DNA of 44,092 nucleotides from Verrucomicrobiota bacterium (GCA_019246215.1 JAFAQT010000031.1:1-44092), one strand, 5' to 3'. Positions 10,490 to 22,211 are shown, counted from the first letter of the stretch. The notes: a model not told the origin generated them from the sequence alone. Translations and numbers: made by a program.

Positions 10490-10621
10490 GTAGCCAGGCT
10501 CTCAGCTTGTACGAAGCCTCTTGCTCTATGCCGCGCGCGCGCGTTGTTCATGGGCGCAGATTTCGAATCATCTTAAAAGCTCCGCTCGAAGAGAAAATTG
10601 CAGGCTGGAGGCTTAGGCTAC
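10490..10621. repeat. Degenerate GTAG-type REP doublet (REPIN-like)
   Basis: GTAGCCAGGCTCTCAGCTTGT (10490-10510) and GCAGGCTGGAGGCTTAGGCTAC (10600-10621) are imperfect inverted copies with GTAG/CTAC termini. Confidence 0.55.
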
Positions 10622-10641
10622 CTTGACTCCGAACTCCACGG

Positions 10642-11565
10642 ATGATCGCAGTGACTCCGCAGAGAAACAGTTCGCTCTCACTTTGGCAAAATCTCGGGCG
10701 GAGGAGCTTCGCTTACTGGCTCATTTTTCCGGTCTTGCTTCTCATCCTCGGGTTGAACCTTTACCCGACGATCCAGGGGATTCTAACTTCTTTTACTAAT
10801 CAGTCCCTCATCGATCCGAGCCATTCCGGATACATCGGGATCGACAATTATTTCAAACTCCTGCAGGACCCGGTCTTCCGGGTGTCGTTGGGCCATTCTT
10901 TGGAGCTCACTTTTGCTGCCGTTCTGCTCCAGGTGATACTCGGCCTCATAATGGCTCACCTCCTGATCCAGAAAGTGCCCGGCATCCACTTTTTTCGAAG
11001 CGTCGCAATGATCACCTGGGTGCTCCCAATCATCGCTTCGGTCGTCATGTTCCGGTTCATAACTCTACCAAATTACGGCCTGATTAACATCGTTTTGAAG
11101 GAGCTGGGCCTGGCACCGCTTGCCCGGAATTGGTTTGGCGACGAAAAGTACGCCTTTCTTCTTGTATTGATCATGCACCTGTGGCGAAATGTGCCATTTT
11201 ACGCAATCGCCTTCATGGCGGCCATGCAGGCGATTCCCGCGGACTTGTACGAAGCCGCACGGATCGACGGAGCAGGCGATTGGCGCCAATTCTGGTTCGT
11301 TACACTTCCTAATCTGAGATATATCATCCTAGTGATGGTCGTGCTGCATGTGACCTTCACCTTCAATAATTTCGACTTTGTTTTTCTCTCAACCGGGGGC
11401 GGTCCGGTAAACGCCACGGAAGTGTTGCCCACCTACATCTACAAGCAGGCTTGGAACGGATACGCCCTCGGATACGCCAGTGCAGGTGGCGTGATCATGC
11501 TCGTAATCCTCGTTGTCCTGGTACTGGTCTGCAACAAGTTCATTAAGGGCTTGTCAGAGCAATGA
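10642..11565 (+). CDS. Carbohydrate ABC transporter permease (MalF-like)
   Basis: Multiple TM segments and the EAA loop IPADLYEAARIDGA. Confidence 0.93.
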   Translation: MIAVTPQRNSSLSLWQNLGRRSFAYWLIFPVLLLILGLNLYPTIQGILTSFTNQSLIDPSHSGYIGIDNYFKLLQDPVFRVSLGHSLELTFAAVLLQVILGLIMAHLLIQKVPGIHFFRSVAMITWVLPIIASVVMFRFITLPNYGLINIVLKELGLAPLARNWFGDEKYAFLLVLIMHLWRNVPFYAIAFMAAMQAIPADLYEAARIDGAGDWRQFWFVTLPNLRYIILVMVVLHVTFTFNNFDFVFLSTGGGPVNATEVLPTYIYKQAWNGYALGYASAGGVIMLVILVVLVLVCNKFIKGLSEQ

Positions 11566-12392
11566 AAGGAGCATTTCCAATCCGCCGACTCGTCACCTAC
11601 TTCGGGCTCTCAATTTTTTATGTGTTTCTGCTGCTACCGATTGCTTGGCTAGTCCTCTCCAGCTTCCGCAACAGTGATTCGGTTCAATCGGGTCGTTTGA
11701 TTCCCGCATCGTCGGAACTCACATTCCAGAATTACGTCGAAACCTTCCAGATCAGCAACTTTGTTACCTACCTGGTCAATTCCTTCGTCATCGCATTCAG
11801 TGTGATGTTACTGACCGTTTTCCTGGGCAGTCTCGGCGCCTACTCTTTGAGCCGGTTTGCCATGAAAGGCAAAAAGCTTTTTATGATGGCCGCTCTGCTG
11901 CCGCAATTTTTTCCCTACGTCCTGGTTCTGATCCCGTTCTATGTTCTAATGTCAAGCTTGAACCTCGTCGACACCCATGTTGGCCTAATCCTCACGCACA
12001 GTTCGCTTACGCTCCCGTTTGCGCTCTGGATGTTGACCGGCTACTTCAATGCTATTCCGGTGGAACTTGATCAAGCGGCACTGATCGACGGTTGCTCGCG
12101 TCTTGGTGTGCTGTTTCGCATCCTTTACCCGGTTGCGATTCCGGGGTTGGTGGTTGCCGGATTCTTTGCCTTTGTGGTTTCTTGGGGCGATTACCTGTTC
12201 GTTTCGATTTTGTCGCAGAGCAACCAGACTCAAACGCTGCCGATCGGTTTGCAAACGTTTATGAGCAGTTTGGAGGTCCGATGGGGATTGATAACCGCAG
12301 GAACAGTCCTTGCCATCATACCGACGGTGATTTTCTTTTCGATCGTGCAGCGCCGATTGGTCTCGGGTCTCACGGCGGGCGCGGTCAAATAA
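11562..12392 (+). CDS. Carbohydrate ABC transporter permease (MalG-like)
   Basis: IPVELDQAALIDGC loop, C-terminal GLTAGAVK; ATGA overlap with the upstream gene. Confidence 0.93.
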   Translation: MKGAFPIRRLVTYFGLSIFYVFLLLPIAWLVLSSFRNSDSVQSGRLIPASSELTFQNYVETFQISNFVTYLVNSFVIAFSVMLLTVFLGSLGAYSLSRFAMKGKKLFMMAALLPQFFPYVLVLIPFYVLMSSLNLVDTHVGLILTHSSLTLPFALWMLTGYFNAIPVELDQAALIDGCSRLGVLFRILYPVAIPGLVVAGFFAFVVSWGDYLFVSILSQSNQTQTLPIGLQTFMSSLEVRWGLITAGTVLAIIPTVIFFSIVQRRLVSGLTAGAVK

Positions 12393-12485
12393 GAGCCAGA
12401 GGATTTTTATTTAAAGACAAAAATAATCGCGAGGATGTCGGATTGACTTGAAGCAGAGTTCCCCGACTTTCCGAGGAGAACAGCG

Positions 12486-13808
12486 ATGCCAAAGATTGCC
12501 ATCATCGGTTCTGGAAGCCTGGTCTTCACCCGAAACCTTTGCAGCGATATGCTGCTGGCGCCTTGTCTGCGGCGATGCACGATCAGCCTGATGGATGTCG
12601 ATTCGCAACGCCTTGAACAAAGCCGCCAAATCGTCCAATGCATTGCAGAGCGACGAAAGTTACCCGCTAAGATTGAGGCGACAACAGACCGCAAGGACGC
12701 TATCCGAGATGCCGATTACGTCATCACCACTTTTCAACAAGGCGGCCTGGAGGCATACAAAACGGATATCGAGATTCCTCAGAGGTACGGCGTGGAACAG
12801 TGCGTAGGCGATACGCTCGGTCCGGGTGGAGTATTTCGAGCGCTCCGCACAATTCCCGTTTTGGTCGACCTTTGTCTGGAACTTGACGACTTTGCGCCGG
12901 ACGCCCTCTTATTAAATTATGTAAACCCGATGGCGGCAAATTGCTGGGCGATCGATGTCGCCACCGGTCGCCCCCAGGTTGGCCTTTGCCACAGTGTTCA
13001 GGGAACCGGCGAGATGCTCGCAAACTGGATCAATGTCCCCTATAACGAGATCACGTTTTTCTGCGCCGGGATTAATCACCAATCGTTCTTCCTCGAGTTC
13101 CGACGGGGAAAAACAGATCTCTATCCCATGATCTGGGAAGCGGCCGAGCGGCCGGAGAATTACGCAAAAGAACCGGTCCGCATCGATCTCATGAAATACC
13201 TCGGGTTTTTTGTCACCGAGTCCAGTGGTCACGCCAGCGAGTATGTTCCGTACTTCCGGAAGAGCGCAGCGATGGTGAAGGATGAACTAGTCCCGAAATT
13301 CAGCGACGAAATCAACGCCTGGTTTGACTATGGGCGAACAGGCGGATATCTGCGGCACTGCCTGGATCGGCTGCAGAAATTCCAGCGGGAATTCGAAGAA
13401 ATTTTGGCGCAGGGTCCTGCGACAACCCGTAGCCACGAGTACGGCTCCTTCATTATTGAGGCTATGGAATCGCACTCGCCGATCTGTATTAACGGCAACA
13501 TTCCAAATACGGGGCTGATCGATAATTTGCCCGAAGATTGCTGCGTCGAGGTTCCCTGCCTAGTGGACGGGAATGGCGTGCAGCCCACAAAAGTAGGTTC
13601 TCTGCCACCCCAACTGGCTGCTCTTAACCGGACTAACATTAACGTTCAGGAATTGATCGTCGAAGCGGCCCTGAACGGGAGGACTGAATCAATCTATCAC
13701 GCCCTAATGCTGGATCCGCTCACGGCGGCGGTTTGCACCTTGCCCCAGATTCGAAGCATGGTGGACGAAATGCTGGAAGCGCAAAGACAATGGCTCCCAC
13801 AATTCTAA
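12486..13808 (+). CDS. melA: GH4 NAD+/Mn2+-dependent alpha-galactosidase/alpha-glucosidase
   Basis: KIAIIGSGS, GDTLGPGGVFRALRT, NYVNPM, GLCHS, GINH, TESSGHASEY. Confidence 0.9.
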   Translation: MPKIAIIGSGSLVFTRNLCSDMLLAPCLRRCTISLMDVDSQRLEQSRQIVQCIAERRKLPAKIEATTDRKDAIRDADYVITTFQQGGLEAYKTDIEIPQRYGVEQCVGDTLGPGGVFRALRTIPVLVDLCLELDDFAPDALLLNYVNPMAANCWAIDVATGRPQVGLCHSVQGTGEMLANWINVPYNEITFFCAGINHQSFFLEFRRGKTDLYPMIWEAAERPENYAKEPVRIDLMKYLGFFVTESSGHASEYVPYFRKSAAMVKDELVPKFSDEINAWFDYGRTGGYLRHCLDRLQKFQREFEEILAQGPATTRSHEYGSFIIEAMESHSPICINGNIPNTGLIDNLPEDCCVEVPCLVDGNGVQPTKVGSLPPQLAALNRTNINVQELIVEAALNGRTESIYHALMLDPLTAAVCTLPQIRSMVDEMLEAQRQWLPQF

Positions 13809-13810
13809 AG

Positions 13811-13991
13811 AAAGTTGCCAGTAAGTTGTCGGTTATCAGTGAATTGAGCATCACGGGCATTGCTGGCTTATCGTCGGCAAAAATAATGACCAGAACTTCG
13901 TCAAATTGAACGTTTCGAATCCACGGCCTCGCCTCCAATTCCGTTCAGAACACTGACAACTGAAAAAACTGGCACTGGCACCGGCAACTTT
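13811..13991. repeat. Intergenic element with imperfect inverted arms built from CAGTTGC/CAGTGC-like short units
   Basis: The left arm AAAGTTGCCAGTAAGTTGTCGGTTATCAGTG is partly complementary to the right arm CACTGACAACTGAAAAAACTGGCACTGGCACCGGCAACTTT. It fills the convergent melA/argB gap. Confidence 0.6.
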
Positions 13992-14866
13992 CAGGGAACT
14001 ATCTCCGTGCCGATGCCGCCGGCTGTGAAAACTTCGAGCAGCAGCGCGTGTGGTATCCGCCCGTCGATCAGGTGAACTTTCCCAACGCCTTCATTAAGGG
14101 CCTCGATTGCCGAAAGGACCTTTGGAATCATGCCTCCTTCGATGGTGTCATGTTCGATGAGACGCGCCGCATTCTCTCGACTGACCGTCGGAATGAGCGA
14201 ATTCGGATCTTTTACGTTGCGCATGACCCCCATCACGTCACTGACATAGATCATTTTGGCGGCCTTCAGAGCGCCTGCCATCGCGCCCGCTGCTACATCG
14301 GCATTAACATTGAGAATGACTCCTTCCTCGGTTTGCGCGATCGGCGAGATGACCGGCACCACTTCCCGATCGATTGCTTCCGTCACCCCGCTGAGCTCGA
14401 GTGAGGTGACCTCCCCCACAAACCCGATATCCACCAGATTCTTACCATCGATCTGAGGAACCAACCGCTTAGCTTTAAATACATCCCGACCGGAAAAGCC
14501 CTCCGCGCGTCCACCAAATTGCTGCATCGTCTCTACGATGCGAGGGCGGATCACGGTGTCCAGAACCTCCTCCACAATTTTGATGGCAAACTCGTCGGTG
14601 ACGCGGAGTCCATTGACAAAACGCGGCGTCAATCCAGCCTCGCGCATCCGCTGGGTGATTGATTTCCCGCCGCCGTGAACAAGCACGGGATTGATGCCTA
14701 CGGCTTCAAGAAAAACGACGTCACGAAGCAACCGTTCGATCAGGTGATCATCCTCCATGGCACTGCCCCCATACTTGATCACGAAAGTTTGACCGCGGAA
14801 CTTTTGGATGAAAGGAAGCGCCTCTAGAAGGGCCTCTGCCTTTCCGACTCCCGATTGATTCTGCAT
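13991..14866 (-). CDS. argB: Acetylglutamate kinase
   Basis: VIKYGGSAM, VHGGG, GLRVTD, NVNAD, GGMIPKV, GIGT. Confidence 0.97.
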   Translation of the reverse strand: MQNQSGVGKAEALLEALPFIQKFRGQTFVIKYGGSAMEDDHLIERLLRDVVFLEAVGINPVLVHGGGKSITQRMREAGLTPRFVNGLRVTDEFAIKIVEEVLDTVIRPRIVETMQQFGGRAEGFSGRDVFKAKRLVPQIDGKNLVDIGFVGEVTSLELSGVTEAIDREVVPVISPIAQTEEGVILNVNADVAAGAMAGALKAAKMIYVSDVMGVMRNVKDPNSLIPTVSRENAARLIEHDTIEGGMIPKVLSAIEALNEGVGKVHLIDGRIPHALLLEVFTAGGIGTEIVP

Positions 14867-14889
14867 TCCTGTTTCTCCCTCTGCTCGAG

Positions 14890-16104
14890 TTACTCGCCCA
14901 TGTTAAACTTCACGTACTCGGGCGTTAAGTCGGTCGTAAAGACCTTGTATTCGGCCGAGCCCAAGTGGAGGTTGATGGTAACTGTAAACTTTCTGTTTCC
15001 GAGAACTTCTTTGAGCGTTTCCTCCGGAGTTCCGCTTGCCATCCCGTGCTGGGCGGCAACGGCCCCGTTGAAAAATATATCGATCATCTCTTCCCGGACT
15101 TTCGCCGAAGAATAGCCGACTGCATCCATGACTCGGCCCCAGTTTGGGTCTTCACCGTACCAAGCGCATTTCACCAGCGCGGAATTGGCGACCGCCTCGG
15201 CGGCCTTTCTTGCGTCCTGATAGGTTGCTGCGCCCTTCACATGAACCTCGACAAACTTTGTTACGCCTTCTCCATCTTCAATGATCATCCGGGCCAATTG
15301 GCGCGTCACAAAATTGAGGCCGTCAGTGAACCGCCCGTATTCTTCGTTATCCTGCTCGATGGGTGCAACGCCCGCCTGCCCATTCGCAAGGCAGATAGCG
15401 GTGTCGTTGGTGCTCATATCGCCATCGATCGTAATGCAGTTGAATGATTGCTCCACGCTGTCGGAGGTTACCTTTTGCAAGTCTCTCTTCGAAATCGAGG
15501 CGTCGGTGGTAATCAAGCAAAGCATTGTCGCCATGTTAGGGTTGATCATTCCGGCCCCTTTCGCTATTCCCCCAATCCGAACACACCTACCGCGCAGCGG
15601 CAGTTCTACGGCGATTTCTTTGTGGAAGGTGTCCGAGGTCATGATTGCTTTTGCCGCATCCTCACTTCCATTCGCACTCAATCCTGCTACCAACTCCGGC
15701 ATGGCCGCCTCGATTTTTTCAATTGGCAAATCGCGTCCAATCCGGCCAGTCGAACAAACCAGGACTTGTCGCTCTTTAAGACCCAATTGCCGCGCGACAG
15801 CCTGTGCCATCTTCTTTGCATTTTGGATACCGGTTGAGCCGGTGCAGGCGTTCGCATTTCCGCTGTTTGCGATAATCGCGCGTGTATCGGCGGCTCGCAA
15901 ATGCGCCGCCGAAACACGCACGGGCGCCGCTTTGATCTTATTCGACGTGAATGTGGCCGCCGCCACTGCCGGGTGATCGGAAATAATCAAACCAAGGTCG
16001 GATTTCTCAGAAGTCCGCTCCTCGATGCCGCATCGAACCGCCGCCGCACGGAAGCCTCTTGGCGCTGTAACACCTCCACCGATTTTAAAATATGTCGATT
16101 CCAT
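14890..16104 (-). CDS. argJ: Ornithine acetyltransferase / N-acetylglutamate synthase
   Basis: NSGNANACTG, STGRIG, KGAGMINPNMATML autocleavage motif, DGDMSTND, DGEGVTK, DPNWGR. Confidence 0.97.
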   Translation of the reverse strand: MESTYFKIGGGVTAPRGFRAAAVRCGIEERTSEKSDLGLIISDHPAVAAATFTSNKIKAAPVRVSAAHLRAADTRAIIANSGNANACTGSTGIQNAKKMAQAVARQLGLKERQVLVCSTGRIGRDLPIEKIEAAMPELVAGLSANGSEDAAKAIMTSDTFHKEIAVELPLRGRCVRIGGIAKGAGMINPNMATMLCLITTDASISKRDLQKVTSDSVEQSFNCITIDGDMSTNDTAICLANGQAGVAPIEQDNEEYGRFTDGLNFVTRQLARMIIEDGEGVTKFVEVHVKGAATYQDARKAAEAVANSALVKCAWYGEDPNWGRVMDAVGYSSAKVREEMIDIFFNGAVAAQHGMASGTPEETLKEVLGNRKFTVTINLHLGSAEYKVFTTDLTPEYVKFNMGE

Positions 16105-16161
16105 GGTTGAAAGGCGGTTCACCGTGATACAATAGGACGAGACTTCTGCCGAGAAATTTCG

Positions 16162-17205
16162 CTATGTTCCAAGTCCCAACGCTTCGTTCCAGCCATTCAT
16201 GATATTGAAACACTGGATCGCCTGCCCGGCGGCTCCCTTGACAAGATTATCTTCTGCGGACATCAAAATGATTCGCCCTGTCCGCGGATCAACCCGCCAG
16301 GCAATTTCCAGACGATTGGTGCCAACCACGTTTTTGAGGTCCGGATATCGAGTTAACCCCAGCAATCGGACAAACGATTCAGAGCCGTAGGCAGTCTCGT
16401 AGACTTCTTCCAGAGATTTGGGGCTCACCCCGGTGACCGACTCTGCATGAGTCGTCGTTATGATTCCACGGCTCAGCGGGATCAAGTGTGGTGCGAATTG
16501 AATGATCACCGGCTCTTTGGCAACGCTCGAGAGTTCCTGCTCGACTTCCGATAAGTGCCGGTGCAAAGGCAGCCCGTAGGGTCGGGCGCTCTCGTTGCAC
16601 TCGACAAAAAGCAAATCCATTTCCGCTTTGCGCCCAGCACCGCTGACGCCGCTCAAGCTGTTTACAACAATACTTGTCAGGCGAATCATCTTTGCGCGAA
16701 CGACTGGCAACAACGGCACCAGAATACTCGTTGGATAACAACCGGGACATGCGATCAATTGGGCGTTTCGAATCTGATCCCGGTAAGCCTCGGGGAGCCC
16801 GTAAACAGAATTCTTCAACAGGCCGGGCACCGGATGCTCTTGATGGTAAAAATACTTGTAGACGTCCGGGTCCTTTACCCGGAAATCTGCACTGAGATCG
16901 ATAACCCTGATCCCCAGTTCCAACAAAGGCACGGCGAACTCGCATGCGACGCCATGCGGTAGCGCCAGAAAGGCGAACTCGATTCCGAGAGACCTCATCA
17001 ATGTCAGGTCAGGGTAGGAGAATTCGAAATTTATCAATGACGAGCGAGGGCCGATCCAACCAAAAACGTCGGACGCTTTTTTGCGCGCGTGCTGGCGCGA
17101 AATGAGGCAACCGAGTTCGACCAAGGGATGTTCGGATAAGCGCTTCACCAATTCCTCGCCCGAATAACCGCTTGCTCCAAAAATCGCTACTTTGGCCTTC
17201 TTCAT
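16162..17205 (-). CDS. argC: N-acetyl-gamma-glutamyl-phosphate reductase
   Basis: GASGYSG, DLSADFR, YGLPE, PGCYPT, SGVSGAGR, DNLVKGAAGQA. Confidence 0.97.
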   Translation of the reverse strand: MKKAKVAIFGASGYSGEELVKRLSEHPLVELGCLISRQHARKKASDVFGWIGPRSSLINFEFSYPDLTLMRSLGIEFAFLALPHGVACEFAVPLLELGIRVIDLSADFRVKDPDVYKYFYHQEHPVPGLLKNSVYGLPEAYRDQIRNAQLIACPGCYPTSILVPLLPVVRAKMIRLTSIVVNSLSGVSGAGRKAEMDLLFVECNESARPYGLPLHRHLSEVEQELSSVAKEPVIIQFAPHLIPLSRGIITTTHAESVTGVSPKSLEEVYETAYGSESFVRLLGLTRYPDLKNVVGTNRLEIAWRVDPRTGRIILMSAEDNLVKGAAGQAIQCFNIMNGWNEALGLGT

Positions 17206-17359
17206 GATGGTGTTCGTGTCGTGCACCAGGGACCCGGTCAGTATAGCTTTTGGCGGGCTGGTAGAAAAACCAAAACTCAAAACTCAATTTTCAGAAATTC
17301 TCAGTTTTTCCCTCTGGTCAGCTCCTTTCGGCACGTGTATTTTCCCACCCCTTCAAACC

Positions 17360-19237
<1,878 letters not shown>

Positions 19238-19280
19238 GTGCACGGCGGGCACCCCGGATGCACTCTGAGGAGATAGGTTT

Positions 19281-19862
19281 ATTCAGCAACAGCAGATTCG
19301 AGTCAATGGTCGAATTCGCGCACGCGAAGTGCGGGTTATTCTGGGAACAACCAACGAACAGTTGGGGATAATGAAATTGCAGGATGCCCTGCGAAGAGCC
19401 CAGTCCATTGGGCTTGATTTGGTCGAGGTTGCTCCGACTGCAAGTCCCCCAGTTTGCAAGATCGTCGATTTTGGAAAATACAGGTACGATCTGTCCAAAC
19501 AGGAGAAGGATCGCAGGTCAACCGCCTCAAAGCTTAAAGAGATCAAGTTCCGGGTTAATATCGATCCGCACGATTACGGCATAAAGGTTCGACACGCGGA
19601 ACAATTCCTCGATAGGGGCAACAAAGTGAAGTTCCAGCTCCAGTTTCGCGGCCGCGAAATGAGCCACAAGGAATTAGGCGACCTTCTAATGCGACGTTTG
19701 AAAGATGACCTCTCAACAATGGGACAGGTGGAGATGGAACCCAAGTTGATGGGAAAGAGCATCAATATGACAATGTCCCCTCTTCCTGTGGCAAAGCGGA
19801 AACGAAAATTCACCGTCGAGGACGAAGAGCTCCTCCCAGACCCGTCCGATACGGAAATATAA
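19281..19862 (+). CDS. infC: Translation initiation factor IF-3 (ATT start)
   Basis: The conserved N-terminus IRVNGRIRAREVRVI extends upstream of the GTG at 19329. There is an in-frame TGA at 19266 and an SD GAGGAG (19267-72) 8 nt before ATT 19281. LDLVEVAP..PPVCKI.D.GKY motif present. Confidence 0.93.
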   Translation: MQQQQIRVNGRIRAREVRVILGTTNEQLGIMKLQDALRRAQSIGLDLVEVAPTASPPVCKIVDFGKYRYDLSKQEKDRRSTASKLKEIKFRVNIDPHDYGIKVRHAEQFLDRGNKVKFQLQFRGREMSHKELGDLLMRRLKDDLSTMGQVEMEPKLMGKSINMTMSPLPVAKRKRKFTVEDEELLPDPSDTEI

Positions 19863-19992
19863 TCGTCTGGTGGTTTAATGGGCAAATCCGCCTGAAGGCC
19901 TTGCCCATGCAAAGCTGCGTGGAAGCGGCACTTAGGCGATACCGGATAACGTGGCGGCCTGATTTTCCAGACATGAACTCGCCGAACCCTAC

Positions 19993-20021
19993 TTGACACG
20001 CACTCCCTCGGGATGTACTGA
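19993..20021 (+). promoter_or_regulatory. Putative sigma70 promoter for rplI-dnaB
   Basis: TTGACA (19993-98), 17 nt spacer, then a weak -10 TACTGA. Confidence 0.4.
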
Positions 20022-20052
20022 TGGCGTCCCGCCATTTTTGAAGGTGTGCTCT

Positions 20053-20589
20053 ATGGCTGACACCCAAATTATTCTGAAAGAAAATGTTCCCGGTCTCGGC
20101 GCCGAGGCCGAGGTCGTTAAAGTCCGTAAGGGCTTTGCGCGAAATCATCTGATTCCTACTGGGAAAGCCTACGAGGTGACTACCTCTAATCTCAAGCGTT
20201 TGAACCACTTGAAGGGTGTCCGGGCAGAGCGCGAAGCCCGAGAGCTTAATGATGCCGAGGATTTCGCCCGCAAGATCGGAAAACTAAAGCTCGGATTTAC
20301 GCTAGAAACCGGCGAGACCGGAAAAGCCTTCGGCTCGGTGACGACCAGAGATATCGAGGAGAAGCTTCAGTCGGAGTTCGGCATCACCATCGACCGACAC
20401 AAAATCGAATTGGAGCGGCCAATAAAGGATAGCGGCGAAAAAGAGATCTCAATCAAGCTTCACCCCGAAGTTGTCGCAACATTGAAGATCGAAATTAAAT
20501 CGTCGACTCCAGCTGCGCCGGTTCGCCAGGAGCGCGAATCGGTTGAAGCGAAACCAAGAGCAAAAAGGAAAGCCAAACCCGGCGCCTGA
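20053..20589 (+). CDS. rplI: 50S ribosomal protein L9
   Basis: IILKENVPGLG....VKVRKGFARNHLIP, GKAFGSVT, KLHPEV. Confidence 0.96.
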   Translation: MADTQIILKENVPGLGAEAEVVKVRKGFARNHLIPTGKAYEVTTSNLKRLNHLKGVRAEREARELNDAEDFARKIGKLKLGFTLETGETGKAFGSVTTRDIEEKLQSEFGITIDRHKIELERPIKDSGEKEISIKLHPEVVATLKIEIKSSTPAAPVRQERESVEAKPRAKRKAKPGA

Positions 20590-20595
20590 CGACTG

Positions 20596-22071
20596 ATGCC
20601 AAATGGTTCTCACGGTTGGACCAAACCCGTCGAGAACCCCTTGAACACCGAAGGGGCAGACACTGGAGCAAAAAAAACGGGTTATTCACAGGATCTTCAC
20701 AGCTCGTTCACCACGCAGCGGGTGCCTCGCTCCCTCCCATTCAGCGAAGATGGTGAAAAGGGCGTCCTTTGTTCGCTGCTGCTTTCGCCACGGGACGTCG
20801 GCGACCTTTGCGTTCTGCACCTTCGGTCTGAAGCGTTCTACATTCCCGCTCACGAAATCATTTATCGACTGGTGCTCGAGTTTGGCGATAAGTGCAAACC
20901 AATTGACTTTATCTCACTCAAGCAGGCTCTCAAAGATCGCAATCAGCTGGAAGAGATTGGGGGACAGGAATTTCTCAGTGAGCTCTATAGTTTTGTTCCT
21001 ACCGCTGCCAACGCAGGCTACTACATCGATATTGTCCGCGAAAAGTATGTCCTGCGGCGATTGATTTCTGTCTGCACGAGGCTTTCGACGCAGTGTTACG
21101 ATCAACAGGGGGAAATCGAACCCCTGTTGGACGAAGCTGAGCGACACATTTTTGCGATCACCGGAGAACACGTAAAAACCGAAATTGTTCCGACCAAAGA
21201 TCTGGTCATGGAGGCAATCGAACAAATTGAAAGATTGTACGAGAACCGTGGTTCGGTGACGGGTTTGGCCACTGGATTTGTGGAACTAGACCGAATGACG
21301 AGCGGACTACATCCAGCAGAAATGATTGTCATTGCGGCACGGCCGGCTATGGGCAAAACGGCTTTCGCCATGAACATTGCGGAGCATGTAGCGATGGACA
21401 TTGGTAAGGCGGTAGCCGTCTTTAGTCTCGAAATGAGCAGTCAGCAACTGGTCCAAAGGATTCTTTGCTCGCGAGCCAGAGTCGATCTGCAGCGTGTGAG
21501 AAACGGGTTCTTGTCAGAGCGCGATTTTCCAAATCTTACTGCTGCCGCCTCACAAGTCGCGGCCGCGAAAATGTTCATTGATGACACGCCGGCCCTCTCG
21601 GTCACGGAACTGCGCGCCAAGGCTCGCCGGATGAAATCGCAGTACGATATTCAGCTTATCGTGATCGATTATCTTCAGCTGCTGCGTTCGATGAGCCGTA
21701 GGGCGCAAGACAATCGACAATTGGAAATCTCCGAGATATCCGCTGGGATAAAAGCCCTCGCCAAGGAGCTTGGTCTACCGATTATTGTGATCGCTCAATT
21801 GAACCGGCAACCAGACGCGCGCGCGAAAGAGGGAGGGCGTCCCCGCCTAAGTGACTTGCGCGAGTCGGGCTCGATCGAGCAGGACGCTGACGTTGTCGGG
21901 CTCCTTGTCAGACCGGAGTACTACGAGACCGATGATGAAGCAAAACAGGAACGAGCCGGCGAAGCGGAACTTATCATCGCTAAACAGCGAAATGGCCCGA
22001 CCGGCGACGTACCGCTGACATTCCTCAAGCAGTACACGCGATTTGAGACGCGCGCTCGCGAGCATTCGTGA
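20596..22071 (+). CDS. dnaB: Replicative DNA helicase
   Basis: AARPAMGKT, FSLEM, IDYLQL, QLNR, LSDLRESGSIEQDAD, KQRNGPTG; no intein. Start uncertain. Confidence 0.97.
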   Translation: MPNGSHGWTKPVENPLNTEGADTGAKKTGYSQDLHSSFTTQRVPRSLPFSEDGEKGVLCSLLLSPRDVGDLCVLHLRSEAFYIPAHEIIYRLVLEFGDKCKPIDFISLKQALKDRNQLEEIGGQEFLSELYSFVPTAANAGYYIDIVREKYVLRRLISVCTRLSTQCYDQQGEIEPLLDEAERHIFAITGEHVKTEIVPTKDLVMEAIEQIERLYENRGSVTGLATGFVELDRMTSGLHPAEMIVIAARPAMGKTAFAMNIAEHVAMDIGKAVAVFSLEMSSQQLVQRILCSRARVDLQRVRNGFLSERDFPNLTAAASQVAAAKMFIDDTPALSVTELRAKARRMKSQYDIQLIVIDYLQLLRSMSRRAQDNRQLEISEISAGIKALAKELGLPIIVIAQLNRQPDARAKEGGRPRLSDLRESGSIEQDADVVGLLVRPEYYETDDEAKQERAGEAELIIAKQRNGPTGDVPLTFLKQYTRFETRAREHS

Positions 22072-22171
22072 GCATTTAATCGTTCGAATCAGGGGCCAAA
22101 GCTTCCGTCGGCTGCTTGGCGCGGTGCAATCGTCAGAATGAAAACTCGTCTTGTATTTTTGTGAGCAGTAA

Positions 22172-22187
22172 CCACAATATATTGGGG
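22172..22187 (+). promoter_or_regulatory. NrdR box upstream of nrdR
   Basis: CCACAATATATTGGGG has a perfect palindromic core CAATATATTG that fits the NrdR consensus acaCwAtATaTwGtgt. It ends 24 bp before the nrdR ATG. Confidence 0.65.
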
Positions 22188-22211
22188 GGAGCATTCCATC
22201 CCACTTTAACC

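Noticed and set aside
20682-20690. DnaA box TTATTCACA near the dnaB start / possible oriC
   Set aside because: It is a single 9-mer inside a probable coding region, with no box cluster or AT-rich unwinding element; it could be chance.
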